A stretch of 64,000 nt of DNA from an uncultured Dehalococcoidia bacterium (GCA_937975645.1 CALJTV010000005.1:2021-66020), one strand, 5' to 3'; counted from the stretch's first letter, positions 14,409 to 24,599 are shown. Numbers and translations: made by a program. Notes: a model not told the origin generated them from the sequence alone.

Positions 14409-15863
14409 TTAGCAAACAAACAGAGGTTGCTCGCCTATTTTTGCCAACTTTTCTGCCAGCCGCTTCTTGTGCTCCAGGTTAGCTCGTCTTTCTATCATGA
14501 TGCGCTGCGCCTGAGGTGAACCAGCACCGTGCATCGATTCCACCAGTGCCGTACCACAGGTCATAGACTCCAGAAGGCGGATGAGCCTTATCCTGGTCTC
14601 CGCAGGCACTTCAGCCACACCCCTCATATACTTGTCTACATATTTGCCCACACGGGGGTCTTTCCAGTCATTTTCGGAGGGTGCAGTTGCCAGTATCCCA
14701 CCGGTAATATCGTGTGCCAGCCTGGCGATTTCATAGATATGGCGGGTGACATTGAGCTTGGTGACATTCGCCAGCAGCGGGTCGGCCATATACGAACCAG
14801 CAGGCAGAGCATATCCCTGACAGGAACAGGCAATGGAGCAGCAATACAGCGTCTCAGCAAGATGCACCATCTCCACAATCTTGTCCCTCACATGCGAAGC
14901 TCTGTCCGTCCCTTGAACCTGTGCCAGTGCATATGTGGCACCGATGAGGGCATCGGCGAGCCCGGTCTTGCAGCCGCCATAGTTTTGCCGGTGGGCAGTG
15001 GCAAACCTCTCCACAAGTTCATAGGCGAACTCATACTCCCCACACATGAACACATGCTCCCAAGGGACAAAAACATTATCAAAAACAATTAGCGCCTCAC
15101 CACCGACCATACCGTAGTCCACATTTCCCTGGTCCAAGAAACATTGACATTTGCGCGTGTCGTTCGTCTGACGCCCGAAGATGTGGATCACCCCCGGCGT
15201 GTCCACCGGTACGTAGAAACAAACAGCATAATCGGCATCCTCCTGCTTCATAGCCGCAGTGGGCATGACCAGATGCCCATGGGAATTTACTGCTCCGGTG
15301 ATATGCATTTTGGCACCACTCACCACAACGCCATCGCTCTTTCTTTCCACTACATGGACATACACATCAGGGTCTCTCTGCTGGCTGGGTGAAAGGCGCC
15401 GGTCCCCCTTAGGATCTGTCATTGCCCCGGATATCATAAGGTCCTCAGACTGCACCTTCTTGAGAAGCTCGATAAATCTTCTATGGTACTCCGTCCCCTT
15501 TTTCCGGTCTATTTCATAAGTGACTGAGTACACCGCATTCAGCCCATCATGCCCTACGCACCGCTGAAAGCAGCTTCCTGTCTGCTGACCAATGGCACGT
15601 AGCATCTTCACCTTCTTCACCAGATCATCGTGACTGTGATGTATATGGGTAAAACGGTTCACCTTCTCGCCAGTAAGATGCGAGGTGGCTGTAAGCAGCT
15701 CTTCAAACTCGGGAGCTAAAGCCATGTCATAGGTCAAGGCCGCTGCATTTACATGTGGAGCAAAAGCCGGATGGTCCACAACGCTGTCAATCTTCTCACC
15801 TAAGTAGTAAACCTCTGGTCTCAGCTTCCTCAAGCTCTCCCTATACTCCTTGCCGCTTTTCAC
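14409..15863 (-). CDS. abfD: 4-hydroxybutyryl-CoA dehydratase / vinylacetyl-CoA delta-isomerase family ([4Fe-4S]/FAD)
   Basis: Blocks matching the Clostridium AbfD sequence as I recall it: 'SCFQRCVGHDGLNAV', 'AMTDPKGDR', 'HRQNYGGCK', 'ESMHGAGSPQAQRIMI', and the N-terminus 'EYRESLRKLRPEVYYLGEKI'. Confidence 0.85.
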   Translation of the reverse strand: MKSGKEYRESLRKLRPEVYYLGEKIDSVVDHPAFAPHVNAAALTYDMALAPEFEELLTATSHLTGEKVNRFTHIHHSHDDLVKKVKMLRAIGQQTGSCFQRCVGHDGLNAVYSVTYEIDRKKGTEYHRRFIELLKKVQSEDLMISGAMTDPKGDRRLSPSQQRDPDVYVHVVERKSDGVVVSGAKMHITGAVNSHGHLVMPTAAMKQEDADYAVCFYVPVDTPGVIHIFGRQTNDTRKCQCFLDQGNVDYGMVGGEALIVFDNVFVPWEHVFMCGEYEFAYELVERFATAHRQNYGGCKTGLADALIGATYALAQVQGTDRASHVRDKIVEMVHLAETLYCCSIACSCQGYALPAGSYMADPLLANVTKLNVTRHIYEIARLAHDITGGILATAPSENDWKDPRVGKYVDKYMRGVAEVPAETRIRLIRLLESMTCGTALVESMHGAGSPQAQRIMIERRANLEHKKRLAEKLAKIGEQPLFVC

Positions 15864-16036
15864 AATCGCACCTCCTGAGCCAAGTCTATTTCTGCAACGT
15901 CTACCTCTGTAACAGTCGACGATGCCTCACCAGTTTTTCCCAACCTTATCTTAACTTCAGGGCATTCTATCACGCTGCCTTCTATATCATTTTGAAACTT
16001 AAAAGTCAACACCCTCTACTGTATTCTATTCCCGCT

Positions 16037-16066
16037 CTTGCCATCACAGTCCACATTAGGCTACAA
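16037..16066 (+). promoter_or_regulatory. Candidate sigma70-type promoter for the GH3 gene
   Basis: TTGCCA (16037-16042), 18-nt spacer, TACAAT (16061-16066). It lies 20 nt upstream of ATG 16087. Confidence 0.4.
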
Positions 16067-16086
16067 TTCTGGCACCGAGTTTACAA

Positions 16087-18360
16087 ATGTCTCATAGCAA
16101 CCCTGAGATCGAAGCCCGGGCAAAGGAAATCCTCTCCACGATGACGGTCGACGAGAAGGTAGCCCAGATGGGCTCTGTATGGAGTTTCGAACTGCTGGAC
16201 TCGGGCAGTTTTTCTACAGAAAAAGCAGAAGCCCTAATCAAAAATGGCATCGGGCACGTGGCAAGACCTGGGTTTGGTACCGGACTGGACGCCCGACAGC
16301 TTGCCCACTTTAACAACGAGCTACAGGAGTTTCTTACCAAAAACACCCGGCTTGGTATCCCGGCAATAGTCCACGAAGAATGTCTCAGCGGCTTCATGGC
16401 AAGAAAAGCCACAATTTTCCCACAAATGATCGGCATCGCCAGCTCTTGGGACCCAGACCTGCTGGAGAGGATCGCTACCATAATCAGGACACAGATGAGG
16501 GCAGCCGGAGTCCACCAGGGTCTGGGGCCAGTTCTGGATGTCGCCAGAGACCCTAGGTGGGGGCGGATTGAAGAAACCTTCGGCGAAGACCCCTATCTGG
16601 TAGCTATAATGGGAACGGCGTACGTGAAAGGGTTGCAGGGTGACAACCTGGAAAGAGGCGTCATCGCCACACTTAAGCACTTCGTCGGCTATGGCATGCC
16701 GGAAGGCGGGCTAAACTGGGCACCTGCCACTATCCCCGAACGCATGCTGAGAGATGTGTACCTGCAACCGTTCAAAACAGTCATCGACAAAGCGGGACCC
16801 CTGTCAGTGATGAATGCTTACAACGAAATAGACGGCATTCCTTGCGCCGCCTCCAGGTTTCTGCTCACAAAGACATTGCGATACGAATGGGAATTTGAGG
16901 GTACAGTGATATCAGACTATTACGCCGTGGAGAATCTACACACCTATCATCGCGTCGCTTTCGACAAAGCCCATGCAGCCCGACTAGCACTGGAGGCTGG
17001 CATCGATGTGGAGCTCCCCAGAGCAGACTGCTATACGACACTGGTAGAGCAGGTACAAAGAGGGGACATCCCCCAGACCCTGATCGACATGGCTGTCCTC
17101 CGAATACTGAAGCTAAAACTGCGGCTCGGCCTCTTTGAGAACCCTTACGTTGACACTAACAGCGTCGCAAAAACATTCGACCTAGCAGAGCACCGACAGT
17201 TTGCCCTGGAGGCTGCTCGCAAGGGTATCGTCCTTTTGAAGAACGATGGCAACATCCTCCCTCTGAGAAAAGACATCGCGACGATCGCCGTCATAGGTCC
17301 CAGTGCAGACAGTAGACGGAACTTGCTCGGAGACTATACATACCCGGCACACATGCCGCTCATCGATATGTTTATGCCTCGCAACGACGCTCCTCACAGC
17401 ACAGATGACATTTTAGAGGAGGTAGCACCCCACATAGTGACAGTCCTGCAGGGTGTGACGGCAAAAGCGGGACCAATGACCAGAGTCCTCCACGTCAGAG
17501 GTTGTGAGACCAATGACACTGCAAAAAACGACTTCGAAGAGGCAATAGCTGCGGCAAGGGCTGCGGATGTGGCTATACTGGTGGTCGGGGGTAAGTCAGG
17601 GCTAACACCCGACTGTACCTGTGGAGAAATGAGGGACAGTGCTATTCTCACCCTGCCTGGTGCTCAGGAAGAACTTGTTGAAGCGATCTACCAGACCGGC
17701 ACACCAATAGTCCTCGTAGTGGTGAACGGAAGACCGCTTACTTTAGGCTGGATCAAGGAAAAGATACCAGCGATTATAATGGCATGGCTTCCCGGAGAAG
17801 AAGGAGGTAACGCCATCGCCGATGTCCTCTTTGGTGATTATAACCCCAGCGGAAAACTCCCCGTTACCTTTCCTCAGACATCGGGACAGATACCACTGTA
17901 CTACTCCCACAAACCCTCGGGAGCAAGATCGCAACTCTGGGGCGACTATGCAGATTTGAGCACAGCCCCCGCTTTTGAGTTCGGCTATGGCTTGAGCTAT
18001 ACCTCCTTTCAATTTGCCAAACTGCAAATAGAGCCAACCAAGGTTCCGAAAGACAGCACAGTTAGGATAACCTTTGACATCACCAACTCTGGAGAAAGAG
18101 CAGGTGAGGAAATAGCACAGCTCTACATCAGTGATGTGTTCGCTAGCGTCACCAGACCAGTAAAAGAACTGAAGGGCTTCAAACGCATAGCCTTGGAACC
18201 ATCGGAAACTAGGACAGTGATGTTTGAGCTCCCCGTCGCCAGCCTTGCCTTCCATAATGAGCACATGCAGCATGTCGTAGAACCAGGTACCTTCGAGGTG
18301 ATGGTGGGACACTCATCGACACAAATATCCCTAAAAGGGCAATTCGAGGTGGTCGGATAA
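16087..18360 (+). CDS. bglX: Glycoside hydrolase family 3 beta-glucosidase
   Basis: 'RDPRWGRIEETFGEDPYL', 'KHFVGYG', 'VISDY', 'LPGAQEELVEAI', and a C-terminal Fn3-like domain 'EIAQLYISD...PVKELKGFKRI'. Confidence 0.9.
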   Translation: MSHSNPEIEARAKEILSTMTVDEKVAQMGSVWSFELLDSGSFSTEKAEALIKNGIGHVARPGFGTGLDARQLAHFNNELQEFLTKNTRLGIPAIVHEECLSGFMARKATIFPQMIGIASSWDPDLLERIATIIRTQMRAAGVHQGLGPVLDVARDPRWGRIEETFGEDPYLVAIMGTAYVKGLQGDNLERGVIATLKHFVGYGMPEGGLNWAPATIPERMLRDVYLQPFKTVIDKAGPLSVMNAYNEIDGIPCAASRFLLTKTLRYEWEFEGTVISDYYAVENLHTYHRVAFDKAHAARLALEAGIDVELPRADCYTTLVEQVQRGDIPQTLIDMAVLRILKLKLRLGLFENPYVDTNSVAKTFDLAEHRQFALEAARKGIVLLKNDGNILPLRKDIATIAVIGPSADSRRNLLGDYTYPAHMPLIDMFMPRNDAPHSTDDILEEVAPHIVTVLQGVTAKAGPMTRVLHVRGCETNDTAKNDFEEAIAAARAADVAILVVGGKSGLTPDCTCGEMRDSAILTLPGAQEELVEAIYQTGTPIVLVVVNGRPLTLGWIKEKIPAIIMAWLPGEEGGNAIADVLFGDYNPSGKLPVTFPQTSGQIPLYYSHKPSGARSQLWGDYADLSTAPAFEFGYGLSYTSFQFAKLQIEPTKVPKDSTVRITFDITNSGERAGEEIAQLYISDVFASVTRPVKELKGFKRIALEPSETRTVMFELPVASLAFHNEHMQHVVEPGTFEVMVGHSSTQISLKGQFEVVG

Positions 18361-18383
18361 GACCACCGGAGAGAAGAGAGTTG

Positions 18384-18905
18384 ATGATGCAGGCAAAACC
18401 AAAGGTCTTGTTAACTGAGACCGAAATCAGACAGGCGGTGATTAAATTAGCCGCCGATATAAGGCGAGACTACGAAGGCAAAGCCCTCCTTCTCATCGGC
18501 ATATTAAAGGGTTCGTTTATCTTCCTAGCCGACCTCGTCCGTGAACTTGGGCTACCGGTGGAAATAGACTTTATAAAACTCTCCAGCTATTATTCCGGTA
18601 CAGAGACTTCGGGCAAAGTAAAGGTTGAACTCGGACTGAAAACAGAGGTAAAAGGGAGACACGTACTCGTCGTTGAGGATATTGTCGACACTGGCACAAC
18701 CGTTTCTTTCGCGCTGGGCTACCTAAAAAGAAAAGGACCTGCATCTCTGAAACTCTGCGTCCTGGTAGACAAGCCAGCTCGACATCGTGTACCCATACAC
18801 ATAGACTACCTTGGCTTCACCATACCTGACAGATTTATCGTAGGGTACGGAACCGACTGGAACGAAAAATTCCGTTACCTGAAGGACATCTGCTACATTG
18901 AGTAG
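18384..18905 (+). CDS. hpt: Hypoxanthine(-guanine) phosphoribosyltransferase
   Basis: 'LLIGILKGSFIFLADL', PRPP motif 'VLVVEDIVDTGTT', 'YIVGYG.D'. The track start is TTG 18381; ATG codons are at 18384 and 18387. Confidence 0.9.
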   Translation: MMQAKPKVLLTETEIRQAVIKLAADIRRDYEGKALLLIGILKGSFIFLADLVRELGLPVEIDFIKLSSYYSGTETSGKVKVELGLKTEVKGRHVLVVEDIVDTGTTVSFALGYLKRKGPASLKLCVLVDKPARHRVPIHIDYLGFTIPDRFIVGYGTDWNEKFRYLKDICYIE

Positions 18906-18908
18906 AGG

Positions 18909-20618
18909 GTGGAAAAGTTGAATCTGAGCAAACTTGTCTCTGTTGCCCGCGGGGATGCCCCGGCAGACTTGGTGCTAAAGAATGCCAAGATAGTAAACAC
19001 CTTCGTCGGCATAATAGAAGAGGGCAACATAGCTATTGTTGGTGACAGGATAGCAGGCATCGGAAATTACACAAAAGCACGAAGGGTGATCGACCTCAAA
19101 GGCATCTATGTGGCTCCCGCCTTAATAAACGGACATGTCCACATCGAAAGCTCAATGCTCCATCCAGCATCCTATGCCCAGGCAGTTGTGCCCAGAGGTA
19201 CTACCACCGTGGTCACCGATTTGCACGAAATAGCCAACGTGGCTGGACCCAGAGGACTACAATTTGCCACAGAATGGGCAAAAAGACTCCCCTTGGACAT
19301 GTTCTTAATGGTGCCGTCATGTGTGCCGGCTACCGATATGGAGACAAGTGGCGCCACTCTCACCGCCAGCGATGTCAGAAAAGCCCTGAAACTACCGAAT
19401 GTGCTCGGCCTTGGCGAGATGATGAACTTTCCCGGCGTCATCGCTGGAAACAGGCAGGTCACCGACAAGATCGTTGCTGCAAAGGACCGTGTTATCGATG
19501 GTCACGCCCCCAGTGTGACCGGCAAGCAGCTCAACGCCTACCTTGCCGCCGGCATACGCTCTGACCACGAATCGACCTCTGTCGAGGAAGCCAGAGAGAA
19601 GTTGCGGCGCGGGATGTATTTGATGATCAGAGAGGGCTCTTCTTCAAAAAACCTCTCTGAGCTGCTACCACTGGTCACAGACAAAACTTACAGAAGGTGC
19701 TTCTTTGTTACCGATGACCGCACTTGCACTGACCTGCTGCTTCAGGGTGACATGGATGCCGTGGTCAAAAGGGCGATAAGATTGGGGCTAGAACCTGTCC
19801 GCGCTGTGCAACTAGCCACCATAAACACCGCCGAATACTTCAGACTTTACGATCGCGGTGCCATTGCACCTGGCTATATTGCCAACTTGATAACCACAGC
19901 CGATTTGTCGCAGCTAGAAGTGGAGATGGTCTTCTACAAGGGACAACTTATAGCCAAAAATGGCGAGTTCTTGCTGCCATCCGTTGAAATTACGGAAGGC
20001 GACTTAACAGATACCGTCCACATAAAGCCGTTCGATATCGAGGCACTAAGACTGACCACAAATGAGGAAAGCTTTCCAGTAATCGAAATAGTCCCCGAGC
20101 AGATAACCACCAAGAAAAGGGTCGAAAGGGTCAAGAAACAGGATAGCTCCGTTATACCTGACCTGGAAAAAGACATCCTCAAGCTGGTAGTTGTAGAAAG
20201 ACACAGGGCTACAGGTAATATCGGAAGAGGATTGGTCAAAGGGTTCGGACTAAAGCAGGGAGCGCTGGCTTCGTCCATAGCCCACGACTCCCATAATATT
20301 ATAGCTGTAGGCACAAATGACTATGACATCTTTGTAGCTATAAAGGAAATAGAAAGAATGCACGGCGGGCTGGCTGTCTGCGCCCAGGGGAAGAAGCTGG
20401 CTTCACTGCCGCTGCCAATCGCCGGCCTGCTATCACCAGAACCGCTTGCTACAGTGGTGAACAGATTCAGTAACCTGGAGAAGACCGCTGCTAGCCTGGG
20501 TAATTTACCACCAGCCCCCTTCACATTGCTCTCCTTCCTGGCACTGCCGGTGATCCCCGAGCTAAGACTGACCGACAAAGGGCTGGTAGACGTTCTAGAG
20601 TTCAGGCTAATTGAATAA
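18909..20618 (+). CDS. ade: Adenine deaminase
   Basis: 'PALINGHVHIESSML', 'TTVVTDLHEIANV', 'IDGHAP', about 570 aa. GTG start lies 3 nt after the hpt stop. Confidence 0.85.
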   Translation: MEKLNLSKLVSVARGDAPADLVLKNAKIVNTFVGIIEEGNIAIVGDRIAGIGNYTKARRVIDLKGIYVAPALINGHVHIESSMLHPASYAQAVVPRGTTTVVTDLHEIANVAGPRGLQFATEWAKRLPLDMFLMVPSCVPATDMETSGATLTASDVRKALKLPNVLGLGEMMNFPGVIAGNRQVTDKIVAAKDRVIDGHAPSVTGKQLNAYLAAGIRSDHESTSVEEAREKLRRGMYLMIREGSSSKNLSELLPLVTDKTYRRCFFVTDDRTCTDLLLQGDMDAVVKRAIRLGLEPVRAVQLATINTAEYFRLYDRGAIAPGYIANLITTADLSQLEVEMVFYKGQLIAKNGEFLLPSVEITEGDLTDTVHIKPFDIEALRLTTNEESFPVIEIVPEQITTKKRVERVKKQDSSVIPDLEKDILKLVVVERHRATGNIGRGLVKGFGLKQGALASSIAHDSHNIIAVGTNDYDIFVAIKEIERMHGGLAVCAQGKKLASLPLPIAGLLSPEPLATVVNRFSNLEKTAASLGNLPPAPFTLLSFLALPVIPELRLTDKGLVDVLEFRLIE

Positions 20619-20718
20619 TTCACGTTAATTCAATTAAGGCCGTCGCTTCGCTACAACCGCGGGCTGCCCCGCTGATTGTCCAAGCTCGCCTCCAGGGACA
20701 GGAATGGAGCAAGCCAAC

Positions 20719-21012
20719 CTACTTCACTTTTTTCAAACTGGCTATTAGCTCGTCAACACTCACCGCCGCCAGGGTCATCGTTTGGAGTGTACCCCTCGAT
20801 CCCAGCTCCACAGCAACTCGGCTCACCGTCTCATTATTGGGAGCCTCCAAGATGTTCACAAAATCATAGGGCCCCAGCACAGCGTATTGGGCAAGCACTT
20901 TAACGCCCATAGCCTCGACTTCCCTGTTGACCTCCTTGATGCGATCCGGGTGTTCCTTTATAGTCTTTCTGCCCTCGTCGGTAAGAGTTGTCAGCATAAC
21001 ATAGACCGGCAT
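20719..21012 (-). CDS. GYD-domain protein
   Basis: 'MPVYVMLTTLTDEGRKTI...GVKVLAQYAVLGPYDFVNILEAPNNETV', 97 aa, a typical GYD-family layout. Confidence 0.75.
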   Translation of the reverse strand: MPVYVMLTTLTDEGRKTIKEHPDRIKEVNREVEAMGVKVLAQYAVLGPYDFVNILEAPNNETVSRVAVELGSRGTLQTMTLAAVSVDELIASLKKVK

Positions 21013-21216
21013 CTTTCCACCTCCCCTTCATTATTTGTTTTTAGCTGCCTACACTTCCTGCCCCTGAAGCGCCTTCTTTAATTCTATCAGTTTACCGCCA
21101 TGATTAGAATATCCCAACGAATTCCTGACAAAGAAAAATAGACATCGCCGCTGAGCTGAAAAACAAGGCCCTCAGCCTCAGGATACAGTAAGAAAAGAGA
21201 GGAAAAAATATCCAGT

Positions 21217-21609
21217 CTAAGCAGGTTTCTGGGCTCCTGTCCGTCCACTCCGTGCCAGAACCCTGATTGCTTCAAGTAAGTCTTGGCGGCGGCAGTCTTT
21301 GGTCAGATACCAGCTCGCTCCAGCCTCCAGCGCCGAGCCTACATAATCACCGTAGACAGTAAGGAACAGAACCTTTACATCGGGCAGGTCCTTCTTGATA
21401 CGGCGTGTTGCCTCGGTGCCGTCCATGCCTGGCATATGCGCATCCATCAATATCACATCGGGAAGCAGTTTTCCTGCTTTTGCCACAGCATCCAGACCGT
21501 CCACAGCTTCCCCAACCACTGTCATATCAGCCTGGGGGTCGAGTATGCTTTTCAGCCCTTCTCGCACCACTTCATTGTCATCCACTATCAATACTTTTAT
21601 CTTCTCCAT
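21217..21609 (-). CDS. Single-domain response regulator (REC only, NarL-like)
   Basis: 'MEKIKVLIVDDNEVVREGL', 'DVILMDAHMPGMDG', 'KVLFLTV', 'ASWYLTKD'. There is no HTH. ATG at 21609 is preceded by GGGGGT; the longer track ORF lacks support. Confidence 0.8.
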   Translation of the reverse strand: MEKIKVLIVDDNEVVREGLKSILDPQADMTVVGEAVDGLDAVAKAGKLLPDVILMDAHMPGMDGTEATRRIKKDLPDVKVLFLTVYGDYVGSALEAGASWYLTKDCRRQDLLEAIRVLARSGRTGAQKPA

Positions 21610-21710
21610 TTTTACCCCCTGAAGTGTGAAATTGCCATTCAGTGCCACCACAAGTGTATCGACTGTGCCCAGATATAACAATCAGCATACAAGACAGTTT
21701 GAACATAATG

Positions 21711-21734
21711 AAAAAGGCTGACCCGGGGTCAACC
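21711..21734 (-). terminator. Rho-independent terminator after the NarL regulator gene
   Basis: On the minus strand: GGTTGACC-ccg-GGTCAGCC (8-bp stem with one G-U pair) followed by TTTTT. It lies 35 nt downstream of the stop at 21770. Confidence 0.6.
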
Positions 21735-21769
21735 TTTACTACTACCGTAGACTCGGACTAAAGTATGAC

Positions 21770-22414
21770 CTACAGCCGGATGATGCCCCTCCTAAGCGCC
21801 TCCGTTACCGCTTCGGTGCGGTCATTAACCCCCAGCTTTTGAAATATATTGCTTATATGGGTCTTGACCGTGCTTTCAGAAATAGAAAGCTGGGCGCTTA
21901 TCTCCTTGTTAGCGGCACCCTTAGCCATTAGCTGCAATATCTCTAGCTCCCGCTCGGTAAGTTGCTCCCCGGATGGTGCCCTGCGGGACAACTCCGCAAA
22001 CCGGTCAATCAACTTGGATGCTACCACAGGCTGGATAAGGGACTCGCCTTTATAGACCGCCCTTATCGCTTTGAACAGCTCTTCCCTAGGAGCGTCCTTA
22101 AGCAAGTAGGCTCGTGCCCCAGCCTCTATACCACTAAAAATGTACTCATCATCGCTGTATGTGGTAAGGATTATAAACTTTATATCGGGGTCTGTTGACT
22201 TTATTTGCCGCATCGCCTCAACGCCGTCCATCTCAGGCATCCTGAGGTCCATAAGCACCACATCCGGCTTAAGTCGCCTAGCCATATCCACCGCCTCAAC
22301 GCCATCCTTTGCTTCTCCGACCACCTTGAAATCAGGCTGCCGACTGAGCATAGCAAACAGACCTTCCCGTACTACCGGATGGTCATCAGCAATCAGAACT
22401 TTGATCTGCTCCAC
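21770..22414 (-). CDS. NarL/LuxR-family response regulator
   Basis: 'KVLIADDHPVVREGL', 'DVVLMDLRMPEMDG', 'ARAYLLKD', 'LTERELEILQLMAKGAANKEISAQLSISESTVKTH'. Confidence 0.9.
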   Translation of the reverse strand: MEQIKVLIADDHPVVREGLFAMLSRQPDFKVVGEAKDGVEAVDMARRLKPDVVLMDLRMPEMDGVEAMRQIKSTDPDIKFIILTTYSDDEYIFSGIEAGARAYLLKDAPREELFKAIRAVYKGESLIQPVVASKLIDRFAELSRRAPSGEQLTERELEILQLMAKGAANKEISAQLSISESTVKTHISNIFQKLGVNDRTEAVTEALRRGIIRL

Positions 22415-24548
22415 TGCTCGTCTCCTGAAGAGGAACTATAACCCTAACCATTGTCCCTTTGCCGCTCTCACTCAATACCTCAAAATGACCGTTGATACTC
22501 CGAGCCCTTTCCCTCATACTGATCAGTCCGAAAGTACCGCGCCTTCTCACCTCATCCTCGGAAGGCACCCTTGCTTCGAAGCCTTTGCCGTTGTCAGACA
22601 CCACAAGTTCCACCGCCCTCTCGTCAAACACCAACCTCACCCTCACCTCACTAGCCTCAGCATGTTTTCTAACGTTTGTCAGTGCCTCTTGACATATGCG
22701 CAAAAGCGCCGCCTCCACCTCAGCCGGTATACCGCGTCTGGCACCTATTACCTCAAAACTTGTCCTGATACCAGATACCTGGGTGAACTTGTCCACCTCC
22801 TGCTTCAATGCCTCATAAAGGGGGGACTGCTCCAGAGCCTGCGGACGCAGATTCCATACTGAACGCCGCGCCTCAGCCAGGCTTTTGCGTGCTAGGCTTT
22901 TGGCCTGGTTAATATGACGCTCCGCTGCCGCCACATCCTCGCCCAGAGCTTGCTCTGCTGCCTCCAGCTGCATAATAATGCCGCTGAACCCCTGCGCCAG
23001 TGTATCGTGTATCTCCCTTGCCATCCGGTTTCGCTCCTCCATCACAGCTATCTGCCGCGTCTCCTCATAAAGCCGCGCATTCTCAATAGCTATAGCAAGC
23101 TGGTCAGCCAATGTCTGGGCGGTAAACAAGTCGGCTTCGCCAAAAGCATCAACCTCTGTGCTCTCGATATCGAGGACACCTAAAACTTTATCCCCCAACT
23201 TTACCGGCACAGCCAACTCCGACTTGATATCTCTTAGCGCCTCCACAGCCTTGTACCGGGGTTCCTCACTGATATCATTCGCTAGGATCGGCTCTCCTGT
23301 CTGCGCCACCCAGCCCACTATACTTGACCCACCCACCTCTAATGGTATCTCGACTGGTATTATAGCCTTCTGACCCCCCAAACAGAGGGCTTTTAGTACA
23401 AGTCCCCCCGATTCTGGGTCGAGTAGGAAAATATTAACATTGTGATAGTTAAAAGTCTCGCGGAGCAGATTTCCGACATAGGGGAGCAGCTCATCAAGCT
23501 TGACCACAGAACTTATTTTACGGCTAACTTCGTTTATGGTGCGGAGTTGCTCAGCACGTAACCTCTCCTGTCTCGTCCTCTCCTCAACCTTCCGCTCCAG
23601 GTCGGCATAGGACTCCTTTAAAGCCATGGTCATGGCGTTGAACTGCTCAGCTAGCTGCTGAATTTCATCCCCGGTCTCAACCTTGATTTTGTAGTCAAGT
23701 TCCCCCCTGCCCACCACCTCAACACCTTTAGTTAATGCCAGAATCGGTCTGGTTATCGCCCGCGAGAGCAACACGATCACCACCACTGCAAACAGCACCA
23801 TAACCGAGAACGCGATGATGAACACTAGTTGCGCTTTCTGGACCTGCCTATCAACATATTGGGAGGTCTCCTGCACAGCTTGAGCAATCTCCTCTTTGAA
23901 CTGCTCTGCTGGTGAGGAGTACTCATCAATATAGGTGACCGCTGCCACCACTAGACCAGTTGTGCCCACGGGTACACAATGCATGTATTTCTGCCGCTTC
24001 TCCCCAGACTCATCCGCCCACTCGTAATAGCCCGAAGCTTCTCCGAGAAAACTCCGCTCCACAATCGACGAAAAATATATTGGCTCACCACCCACTTTAA
24101 GCAGATTGACTCCCACCATTCTTACCTCAGGATGAAAATAGACCACACCCTGCCTGTCATAGACAAAAGTATAACCAGTGAGCCCGACCTGTTGTACAGC
24201 TATCTTGCTCACTTCAGGATTGTTTCTCAGCATTGAAATATCCAGCAAGGGGTGCTCTTGCAGAAAAAGCACTAACTGGTTGGCAGTGTACCATGCCCGC
24301 CTTTGAACCAACCGCCTGCCCAGGTCCTCCAGCGCAAAGATACTGCGCTGCGTCACCTCGTCCGCCGTGGTCATGCTCTGCTCTTTTACTAAATAGCTAA
24401 CCTCGTAAATGGTGCGGAATGCCAGCGAACTGGTCACCCCCAAAGATACGAACGCCAGTGCCAGAAAGGGGATAAGTATCTTAGACCTGATGCCGAACCT
24501 TATCCTCGCCCTTCGTCCACCCTCGTCCAGAAAGCGGTCTAACATCAC
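22386..24548 (-). CDS. Sensor histidine kinase: TM - Cache-like extracytoplasmic domain - TM - HAMP - GAF - HisKA_3 - HATPase_c
   Basis: TM helices at about residues 25-43 and 245-265. 'GYTFVYDRQGVVYFHPE' (Cache-like). HAMP 'ITRPILALTKGVEVVGRGELDYKI'. GAF. H-box 'ERNRMAREIHDTLAQ'. 'DNGKGF', 'GLISMRERA'. It overlaps the downstream regulator gene by 29 nt. Confidence 0.9.
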   Translation of the reverse strand: MMLDRFLDEGGRRARIRFGIRSKILIPFLALAFVSLGVTSSLAFRTIYEVSYLVKEQSMTTADEVTQRSIFALEDLGRRLVQRRAWYTANQLVLFLQEHPLLDISMLRNNPEVSKIAVQQVGLTGYTFVYDRQGVVYFHPEVRMVGVNLLKVGGEPIYFSSIVERSFLGEASGYYEWADESGEKRQKYMHCVPVGTTGLVVAAVTYIDEYSSPAEQFKEEIAQAVQETSQYVDRQVQKAQLVFIIAFSVMVLFAVVVIVLLSRAITRPILALTKGVEVVGRGELDYKIKVETGDEIQQLAEQFNAMTMALKESYADLERKVEERTRQERLRAEQLRTINEVSRKISSVVKLDELLPYVGNLLRETFNYHNVNIFLLDPESGGLVLKALCLGGQKAIIPVEIPLEVGGSSIVGWVAQTGEPILANDISEEPRYKAVEALRDIKSELAVPVKLGDKVLGVLDIESTEVDAFGEADLFTAQTLADQLAIAIENARLYEETRQIAVMEERNRMAREIHDTLAQGFSGIIMQLEAAEQALGEDVAAAERHINQAKSLARKSLAEARRSVWNLRPQALEQSPLYEALKQEVDKFTQVSGIRTSFEVIGARRGIPAEVEAALLRICQEALTNVRKHAEASEVRVRLVFDERAVELVVSDNGKGFEARVPSEDEVRRRGTFGLISMRERARSINGHFEVLSESGKGTMVRVIVPLQETSSGADQSSDC

Positions 24549-24599
24549 CTATATAGCACCTCTATCAAACCTGTGTAACCATCCCTCCCGAATCGACGA

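Noticed and set aside
15755-16144. 129-aa plus-strand ORF spanning the abfD start and the GH3 promoter region
   Set aside because: It overlaps the abfD 5' end on the opposite strand as well as the predicted bglX promoter and start. Its low-complexity Ser/Leu-rich product resembles no family.
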